From NCBI GenBank assembly GCA_963746775.1, contig CAVVCK010000001.1:83050-147049 (forward strand): a DNA stretch of 64,000 nucleotides, read 5' to 3'. The translations under genes and the position numbers were made by a program. This document shows, in pieces, positions 57,308 to 64,000 of the stretch. This DNA is from an uncultured bacterium. Its GTDB lineage: Bacteria; Patescibacteriota; JABMPQ01; CAVVCK01. Under the pieces are notes generated by a model that was not told the DNA's origin, searched no databases, and saw only the letters and a list, made by a program, of their open reading frames with translations. Position 1 is the first letter of the stretch, and each line of letters starts with the position of its first letter.

Positions 57308-58783
57308 TTAAGAAAAATATTTTCTCAATTCCTCCAATATCCTCACCATAGCCAAGGTATCCAGCTTGCAATACTTAATTAAATCCTCATAAATTTTTTC
57401 CGCCTCCTGCTTGGAAATCTTCGGGTCAATCATTTCCCGCCATTTATTGGAGGCAGTTTCCCCTTCATGGATATCAAGTTCTGAATATTTCAAATCAGGG
57501 CATAATACCGGCAATACTTTCTTAATTGAGGCGCTGCCGTGAAAATCCTGGTGCACATAAAATCCTTTGCGGAAGACAGACATTAAATCAAACATCCTAT
57601 TATTTACACCTTCAAAAAACTCAACAAATTCCGGATACCTTTCGCCCATTTCCCGATTGCACCCTTTCTCAAAGCCCATATTCCAAGCTAGAATTGTCCC
57701 CCGAGAACCAATCAATTTACTAAGCTCCTTGGCTAATCCCGGTGATGGGTCCCGGAAGCCTTGAGCCAAATATTCATAATGCTTTAATTCCGCGCCTTCA
57801 CTTTCCTGTACATGCAGAGAATATTGAAAAATCATGCGCTGGTAAGGACGATAGCCATCAAACAAGGGCACGCCCGGTGCAAAGGTTTCATAATCCAAAA
57901 AATACAAAGGATACTCTAATTTCTCCAGTTCATCCTTAATATTATCTTTTTCAATATGAACCTCGCCCGTCTTTTCCACGCTCCAATGCCGCAGCCCCGC
58001 CTGGCTGGTTACCACCCCCTCCGGAATATCCTTAATCTCCATAATCCCTTCATCAATAAGCATATTTAATTTCTTTTCATTCAATCCGCCGGCTATGCTG
58101 TAAATAGATCTTGCCGGCAAGTCCTTCCAACAATAAGAAAGAAAGGTGCACTCATAAGGATTATTGCACTGTTTTAAAATCCTCTGCTGCACTTCCTCTT
58201 TTTCTTTCATAATTGAAAGAGCCTTATCAATTTGAAGCTTCGTTTCTTCTTCTAAATATTTAACCTGGTCCGTCACCTCCACCAGTTCCAATAATTTATC
58301 CGGCTCTATCTCTCCTGACTTAACATATTTATTATTAATATGATAAATAAAAAGCTTGTCGACTTTTAAACCTGCTCCTTCCAGGCAAATCTTTTGGAAG
58401 GCTAAATCGTAAATATTGATATCTTTGACAGAAGTGGAGCTTTTTACTTCGTAAATATTATAGGCTTCCCCATCGTCAGCTAATTGCAAGATATCAGAGC
58501 GGCAAAAAAGATTTTTAGCGGAAAAAGTAGGCTGGAATATAACTTTTGCTTTTTCTTTTATTAATTTAGTGGTTTCAAATATGGATTCCTTAAATCCCTC
58601 TACTTGAGCATTTTTCCCATCAGGAAAAAGCTTATAGGCATAAGTCTCCACCTTATAGCCTTCATCAAAAATCTTCTGCAAATTCTCATCCACTTCCGCA
58701 GGCAATAAATCTTTTCTATTCTTATAGAGCCATAAATACTTTTTACACTGGATAAATTTTATAAAATCGGATTTGGTTAGCAT
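57308..58783 (-). CDS. DUF2779-domain protein (PD-(D/E)xK-like N-terminus plus RNase H/exonuclease-like C-terminus)
   Basis: LTKS.F....QC.K.LWL, DIL..IYEVKS, YFLDYET, FQYSLH, SIKKVLP, YC.LDT.AM. Confidence 0.85.
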   Translation of the reverse strand: MLTKSDFIKFIQCKKYLWLYKNRKDLLPAEVDENLQKIFDEGYKVETYAYKLFPDGKNAQVEGFKESIFETTKLIKEKAKVIFQPTFSAKNLFCRSDILQLADDGEAYNIYEVKSSTSVKDINIYDLAFQKICLEGAGLKVDKLFIYHINNKYVKSGEIEPDKLLELVEVTDQVKYLEEETKLQIDKALSIMKEKEEVQQRILKQCNNPYECTFLSYCWKDLPARSIYSIAGGLNEKKLNMLIDEGIMEIKDIPEGVVTSQAGLRHWSVEKTGEVHIEKDNIKDELEKLEYPLYFLDYETFAPGVPLFDGYRPYQRMIFQYSLHVQESEGAELKHYEYLAQGFRDPSPGLAKELSKLIGSRGTILAWNMGFEKGCNREMGERYPEFVEFFEGVNNRMFDLMSVFRKGFYVHQDFHGSASIKKVLPVLCPDLKYSELDIHEGETASNKWREMIDPKISKQEAEKIYEDLIKYCKLDTLAMVRILEELRKYFS

Positions 58784-58823
58784 TTTTTATTTTTGGAAAT
58801 TAAATGATTTTATTTAACTATAT

Positions 58824-59315
58824 CTATTTTCTACGTCCATCTTTATTATATAGATTAACAACATAACTTTTATTAACAATCCTAATTTTTTTATTATTGT
58901 ATTCAAACAGATTATTTTTAAAATAATCTGCCTTGCAGAAATATTTTTTTAATTTTCCATTTTTATTAGCCTTAAAATAATTCTCAATAATAACAGGCAT
59001 TTCTACTTCATAATGATATCTAGAGGAAAAATTTCTAAAACTTATTTTCTGGTAGCCTATCAACATTTTCTCTGGTTTAAAGACTACCCAATTTTTATTT
59101 TTAAAATCATTAATAATATTATTATTGTTAATTATTGTGCTAGCAGTATCCTCAAAAATATGAAAATCTATATCGCCATGAGGCCTAGGTTTCTCAAAAG
59201 AACCCTTACAGAGTTCCCAAGCTATGCCTCCGCCTAACCAATAATCTATCTTGTACTTATTAAATATTTCAGAAAATAAACAAATAGTTTCTAATTGATG
59301 TTGAAATTTATTCAT
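58824..59315 (-). CDS. Small nucleotidyltransferase (LicD / aminoglycoside-adenylyltransferase-like)
   Basis: YWLGGG.A....G.....RPHGDIDF. Confidence 0.65.
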   Translation of the reverse strand: MNKFQHQLETICLFSEIFNKYKIDYWLGGGIAWELCKGSFEKPRPHGDIDFHIFEDTASTIINNNNIINDFKNKNWVVFKPEKMLIGYQKISFRNFSSRYHYEVEMPVIIENYFKANKNGKLKKYFCKADYFKNNLFEYNNKKIRIVNKSYVVNLYNKDGRRK

Positions 59316-59327
59316 TAGACTTTTTCA

Positions 59328-60263
59328 TTATCCCTTAAACTCCCTAATATATTTCCCAAACAATTTTTGAAATAAAACAGTTCTTTTATATAGCCATTCA
59401 AAATAATCTTCATAGTTATCTTGCTCAAAAATAAAAGGAACTTTCTTTTCTATTTTTATACGAGATGCTATAGAAGCATCAACCCATTCTACTTTTTCTT
59501 CAATTTCTTTTTCTATCTCATCTTTTTTATCTCGTAAATAGTTAAATAATTCTTTATTTCTATTTATATACACTTCACAACCTAATATATTTTCCCTGGA
59601 ATTTATTGTTAAGCCTATATGTGCATCGGAATTTCCCATGCTAAAATTATACCAATGTTGAGGACGTGGCGACTGTAATCTTATTCTGCTATCCTTTGAT
59701 TTTATGTATTCTTTCAACTTTGTCCAAAATTCTAATTGTTTAAGCTTAGTATCTGTCAATTCACTATTTTTCGGGCTTGTCTTTATTGTTTTTGCCCATT
59801 CATTAGGACTGATAATAATTTCAAATTTAGGTGCCGGATTTGAATCTTCTATCTGCCATAATTCAATCTTAATTAGAAAAAAACCAATACCTTCATCGGT
59901 ATGCTCATTTAACCATTCAATTGCTTTTTTATGTTCTTCTCTTTCATTTTTTACAATCCAGATAATAATTTCTGCGTCATACCCGGAAGCATAAGTTATA
60001 ATTTTACCAAGGTGATCATGATTGGTATCTTCTAGTTGATTCTCAATAATTATTTTTCTTTCCGAATTTTCCTCTTTAGCTAAAATATCTACATTAAATT
60101 TACCAACACTGGCCTCTGTTTGTATTAGTTCAATATTTACTCCAATTTCTTCGCTTAATAAATCTAAATATTCTTCTGAAGCTAGCCAGTTTGTAAATTC
60201 ATTTTCATGTACCCATTCTTTTCTTAAATCAACATTCTTTAACTTTGATAATGGTTTTTTCAT
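59328..60263 (-). CDS. Putative PD-(D/E)xK endonuclease with DUF4268 domain
   Basis: W..E..FT.WL, DILA..IIENQL..T.HDHLGK..TY; C-terminal FW..P.PQHW..W. Confidence 0.85.
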   Translation of the reverse strand: MKKPLSKLKNVDLRKEWVHENEFTNWLASEEYLDLLSEEIGVNIELIQTEASVGKFNVDILAKEENSERKIIIENQLEDTNHDHLGKIITYASGYDAEIIIWIVKNEREEHKKAIEWLNEHTDEGIGFFLIKIELWQIEDSNPAPKFEIIISPNEWAKTIKTSPKNSELTDTKLKQLEFWTKLKEYIKSKDSRIRLQSPRPQHWYNFSMGNSDAHIGLTINSRENILGCEVYINRNKELFNYLRDKKDEIEKEIEEKVEWVDASIASRIKIEKKVPFIFEQDNYEDYFEWLYKRTVLFQKLFGKYIREFKG

Positions 60264-60327
60264 TTTTTGTCTTTTTTTAATATTTAATAGGCTAAAGATT
60301 TAAAGGTAGACATTTTAATAATTTAAC

Positions 60328-61047
60328 TTACTTTTTCCAATAATCTAGATTTGAAAACTCATCTACTGCACAATAATAATTTTTTAAGTCTTGTGACATT
60401 TTATTAATGATCTGACCTCTTATTATTTTACCATTCTCTAATCTTCCCTTCTTTATTGGCCAATACTTTTGTTCTTTTACAAACAGTCCGGGTAAAAAAC
60501 CAAACATCATATAAAACGACTCAAATTCTTTATTTACTGCTAACAATTTTCCAAGCACATCAATAGGAATTAAGTTTGAATATAAATTTATTTTATAGCT
60601 CAAACTCATCCTAATAAAAGGCAGGTTAATTTGTAAATGTTCCCAATCCTTAATCGTCATGCCTTTTAGTTTTTCTTCGAGATCAATTTCTGATACTTTT
60701 TTTAATATTTTTAATAATTCATTTGTCGCATTCTTCACACCACCAGAACCTACTACAAATCCTAGTGGTTCACTCATGTGACTTATAAGCATATTTCTAA
60801 GCGATAATAGATCATCTTTTGCAATATTATATGCTTCTTTATATTTCCTTATTTCTCGCTCTTTTAAAAGCTTATCAACAATAAAGATAGTAAAAATAAT
60901 AATTACAAAAGAAGCGCTAAGATTGATAAAAAAATCTCCAAATTTATTATCAAAACAGAAACCTAATGCAAAACTTATAAACGAACAAAGAAGCAAAATA
61001 ATTATCAATTTTTTATTCTCTTTTATAACCGCTATAATTTTCTTCAT
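60328..61047 (-). CDS. Hypothetical membrane protein (two N-terminal TM helices)
   Basis: Hydrophobic hairpin followed by a helical soluble domain; within the defence-like cluster. Confidence 0.6.
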   Translation of the reverse strand: MKKIIAVIKENKKLIIILLLCSFISFALGFCFDNKFGDFFINLSASFVIIIFTIFIVDKLLKEREIRKYKEAYNIAKDDLLSLRNMLISHMSEPLGFVVGSGGVKNATNELLKILKKVSEIDLEEKLKGMTIKDWEHLQINLPFIRMSLSYKINLYSNLIPIDVLGKLLAVNKEFESFYMMFGFLPGLFVKEQKYWPIKKGRLENGKIIRGQIINKMSQDLKNYYCAVDEFSNLDYWKK

Positions 61048-61050
61048 TTT

Positions 61051-61758
61051 TTATGATAATAAAACCTTATTCCATTGTAAATTAATATATTCCAAAACTT
61101 TAACCCATGAAATGTTTAGAATATCAACAATTGGAACAAAATCATCAAGATTTAATTTTAATCTATTTTCAGGATTCGTTATTTTCCTCCAATCAAAATA
61201 TTCTTTCTCTTCTCCTATTTTGGGTAAACAAAAATTTCTTTCCTTTACCAAACCTGGCAATATTCGACCATGAACCAAAAAATTTCTATAATTTTTTATT
61301 TCCTGCAGAGGGTATAAATTCATTTTTTGCCAGGCTGCACAAGCTTCTTTGCTACCATTATTTTTATTTTTTCTCTTCTCCAACCATGGATCGTAATCAG
61401 TAGGATTCCCAAATCTTTCTAGTAACTCAAACACTAAATCAAGCGAGCCACTTAATCTAGTCATACCGTCTATCAAATCATCATGATTAATAAGATTCTT
61501 TTTTAAAATATCAAATACTCTAATAAGATGCCTTAGTATTGAATAATGCAACTGCGCAATACAAACGTCATTTGCCGTTTTCCCTATTATTTTTAGTTCT
61601 TCGTCCGTCTTAAAATGAATATCTTTTGGTCTATTAGTTAATGACACAACATTTTTCAACCAAAAATCTTCATAACATTGTAACTGGTCTTTAATAAATA
61701 TATCCCAGTATTTTTGTTCATAATAATCGCCATCAACGGCTAGATTGTAACTACTCAT
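61051..61758 (-). CDS. Putative HEPN-domain RNase
   Basis: Predicted helical; YRNFLVHG (R-x4-H); ATGA overlap with the hsdS remnant. Confidence 0.5.
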   Translation of the reverse strand: MSSYNLAVDGDYYEQKYWDIFIKDQLQCYEDFWLKNVVSLTNRPKDIHFKTDEELKIIGKTANDVCIAQLHYSILRHLIRVFDILKKNLINHDDLIDGMTRLSGSLDLVFELLERFGNPTDYDPWLEKRKNKNNGSKEACAAWQKMNLYPLQEIKNYRNFLVHGRILPGLVKERNFCLPKIGEEKEYFDWRKITNPENRLKLNLDDFVPIVDILNISWVKVLEYINLQWNKVLLS

Positions 61759-62430
61759 ATTTGCGTTAAAACTTTATCAATTTTCTCCTCCATTATTTTA
61801 ATCAGCTTTTTGTTAGTATTAATAATTTCCTCCTCTTTTTTCACTTCAGCAACAAGCTGTTTTTGAATTTTAATTGAAGGAAGTGGAATCTTAATTTTTT
61901 CGAGATCTCCTTTGGTAATATGAACAAGTCCAACTCCTCCATGTAAATTATTTTCCACATCTTTAACAGCCATTTTTAATGCATAATATAAAAATTTTTC
62001 AGTATATTTATCAGAAAAAATAACCTTAAATATATGTTGATTTAATATACCTTTTCCCCTATTCCAAATATGCGGACCAAAAGAAGTACCTCTAGAACCA
62101 GACCAAGAAAATAATAAATCCCCATTATTAATAATTATTTTGTCTTGTACTTTTCCTGAATAATAATTAAATTTTGCTTGTAAATTATTCAAATTTTGAA
62201 TTCTAATAATAGGCAATCCACCATTTTCCTCTTTTTCCCAATCTTTTGGTTTAAATGCCCTACCATTTATAAATTCACAAACCTCACCTAATTCTACCCA
62301 TTCAACACCCTCTAACTTCCTAACCTCTTCACCAAAATATCGTCTCTCTCTCTAGATTTTTAATAACTTCATAAGCAGCATTAATCGCACCTTGCTTAGT
62401 TTCTATCTGTTTAATTATATCTTTTTGAAC
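61755..62430 (-). pseudogene. hsdS: Type I R-M specificity subunit remnant (C-terminal TRD only, frameshifted in a GA repeat)
   Basis: VQKDIIKQIE...KNLERE / RRYFGEE...WVELGEVCEFINGRAF..PIIRIQN..GDLLFSWSG..LNQH..IPLPSIKIQKQLV; frame break at 62343-62354. Confidence 0.8.
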
Positions 62431-62431
62431 C

Positions 62432-62602
62432 TTATAAAACATAATCAGCAAATTTATGTTTAGATTCTTCATTATTTGAATCTGGTTTCGTGTATGTTTC
62501 TAAACTAACATTGGCCTTATTTTTACCATCATCAGCTAATAACCATCCGCTATTTTTTAGAAGATTATCAATTTTTATTCTAGCTTGTGCTTCTTTAGAC
62601 AT
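62432..62602 (-). pseudogene. hsdR: Type I restriction subunit N-terminal fragment (56 aa)
   Basis: MSKEAQARIKIDNLLKNSGW...ANVSLE...FADYVL* resembles HsdR N-termini; abuts the hsdS remnant. Confidence 0.7.
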
Positions 62603-62727
62603 TTATTTTTAAGATATTAACTATTTTTTATTCTACTCTCTTAAAGCCCCAAAATCAATCAAAAATTATAATTTACATTTCATTTTTACTAACTCCTCTC
62701 CAATTCAACAAACTAAACCCCCACCAA

Positions 62728-62756
62728 TTGCCCCAAATAACCAAATATGCTATAAT
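62728..62756 (+). promoter_or_regulatory. Putative promoter with extended -10
   Basis: TTGCCC-N17-TATAAT, with TG preceding the -10. Confidence 0.5.
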
Positions 62757-62863
62757 CTAACCAACAAATTTAATTGAATAAAACATTTATACATAATATT
62801 TAAAACAAATATTACTATTTTGGCTTAAAATAAATATAATAAATAAAATTTAATAGAAACAAA

Positions 62864-64000
62864 ATGAAAAAATGCTCCAAGTGCGGTGCGGAAATGCCGG
62901 ACAATGAGAAATTTTGTATGCGTTGTGGTAATATTTTATCCACAGCTAGCAATACACCCGAAAAAACACCCGCAGCTAGCCCAGTCCAAAGCTCACCCAA
63001 GAAAAAATCAAAAATATGGCTTTGGGTTTTAATTATTTTTGTAGTTCTAGGAATCATTGGCATAGGTGTAATTGGCGTTGGTTATTATGCTTTTAAAAAA
63101 GTAACTGATAATACTGATGTAGTTACCGAAGATAATAATAGCGAACCAGCCAAAGTAGAAATATCCTGGGAATCAGAAGATAGGTTGCCTACTGCCTTCT
63201 ATACCAATAAAACAGAAAAGCTTATCACTTTTAAACTCAAAAGCGACAAGCCCACGAAAATAAAGCTGGAAGTGGAAATTCCCGATATCACGGAAAAGGA
63301 AACAAAAACCATTGAAGTCGGCACAACTCAAGTTACTTATGATGCTAAGCCTCCTTTCAAACAATCCGCTTATGGTCCACTGGGTAAAGCTCAGGATAAA
63401 TATATCATTATCAAGGCCACTGATGAAAATACCAATCGAATGATCGTAGATGATTCTCAAAAAATTACCGTACTCTCCCGCAACGATATGGTTTGGATAG
63501 ATAAAGACGGCACTAATAATATGAAATATATTGCCAAATGGGTAACAAAAGATAATAAAGAAGTCAAAGAATTAGTCCGAGTCGCTGCTGAATATAATGA
63601 TCAATTCTGCGGTCAGCACGCTATGGTAGGATACCTGGGCGGACCAGAAGAAGTTTATTGCCAAATGGCTTCCCTCTTTGCTGCCATGGGTGATTATTAC
63701 CAAATAGCCTATATTGCCTCAACGGAAAGTTATCAGACCTCCAATGCCCAAAGCGTCAAGCTGCCAGAAGAAGTAATTATGGAAAAAAGCGGACTATGTA
63801 TTGAAACGGTTTTGGTTATGGCCGCCGCTATGGAAAATCTAGGTATGGAACCGGTTATAGTTTTCATTCCCGGCCACGCCTGGGTAGCAGTCAAAACTTC
63901 CGCCGGCGCTTCTACTTATTATCATCTTGAAACTACCATGCTTGACTCGCCTGTCCTGGACGCGCTGGACCAAGGTGAAATGAATTGGTATCAAAATAGC
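62864..64000 (+). CDS. Zinc-ribbon / single-TM protein with a transglutaminase-like domain (partial, runs off window end)
   Basis: Translated by hand: MKKCSKCG......FCMRCG, TM helix, then SGLCIE...PGHAWV...LETT (Cys-His-acid triad). Confidence 0.75.
   Translation, partial: MKKCSKCGAEMPDNEKFCMRCGNILSTASNTPEKTPAASPVQSSPKKKSKIWLWVLIIFVVLGIIGIGVIGVGYYAFKKVTDNTDVVTEDNNSEPAKVEISWESEDRLPTAFYTNKTEKLITFKLKSDKPTKIKLEVEIPDITEKETKTIEVGTTQVTYDAKPPFKQSAYGPLGKAQDKYIIIKATDENTNRMIVDDSQKITVLSRNDMVWIDKDGTNNMKYIAKWVTKDNKEVKELVRVAAEYNDQFCGQHAMVGYLGGPEEVYCQMASLFAAMGDYYQIAYIASTESYQTSNAQSVKLPEEVIMEKSGLCIETVLVMAAAMENLGMEPVIVFIPGHAWVAVKTSAGASTYYHLETTMLDSPVLDALDQGEMNWYQNS

Noticed and set aside
506-63460. Short ORFs antisense to or overlapping real genes (e.g. 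506-787, 15661-16176, 39452-39892, 42293-42586, 62815-63063, 63173-63460)
   Set aside because: Shadow ORFs opposite well-supported genes, with no recognisable motifs.

Overview
AT-rich bacterial chromosomal segment, most consistent with a Patescibacteria/CPR (Parcubacteria-like) genome. The evidence is CPR-type conserved hypothetical proteins, tightly packed genes, A-rich translation starts without obvious Shine-Dalgarno motifs and GxGC-type lipoprotein signals. Most of the window is housekeeping: scpAB, aspS, secDF, secA, a dcw cluster with a murG-murC fusion, dnaX, cysS, dnaB, ybaB-recR and rplU. The stand-out region is 1-10 kb, an apparently NrdR-controlled operon encoding three divergent class II (B12-dependent) ribonucleotide reductase catalytic barrels. 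One is stand-alone and lacks the C-terminal tail; two are fused in a single chain that carries one TSCPD/Zn-finger tail. Each barrel has different phosphate-binding and specificity loops. An uncharacterised Pol-beta-like nucleotidyltransferase and a metal-binding TIM-barrel protein sit between the RNR genes, and cobalamin adenosyltransferase plus a DUF4430 lipoprotein follow. The right end (57-62.6 kb) is a decayed defence island: a type I R-M deletion scar, a HEPN-motif protein, a DUF4268 nuclease, a small NTase and DUF2779. Also present are cysDN without cysC, a frameshifted cysS, families of periodic palindromic intergenic elements (one with a nested GC-rich mini-element) and a candidate three-way-junction RNA upstream of raiA. 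No rRNA, tRNA or CRISPR array was seen. All calls come from reading motifs by eye; no searches were run.
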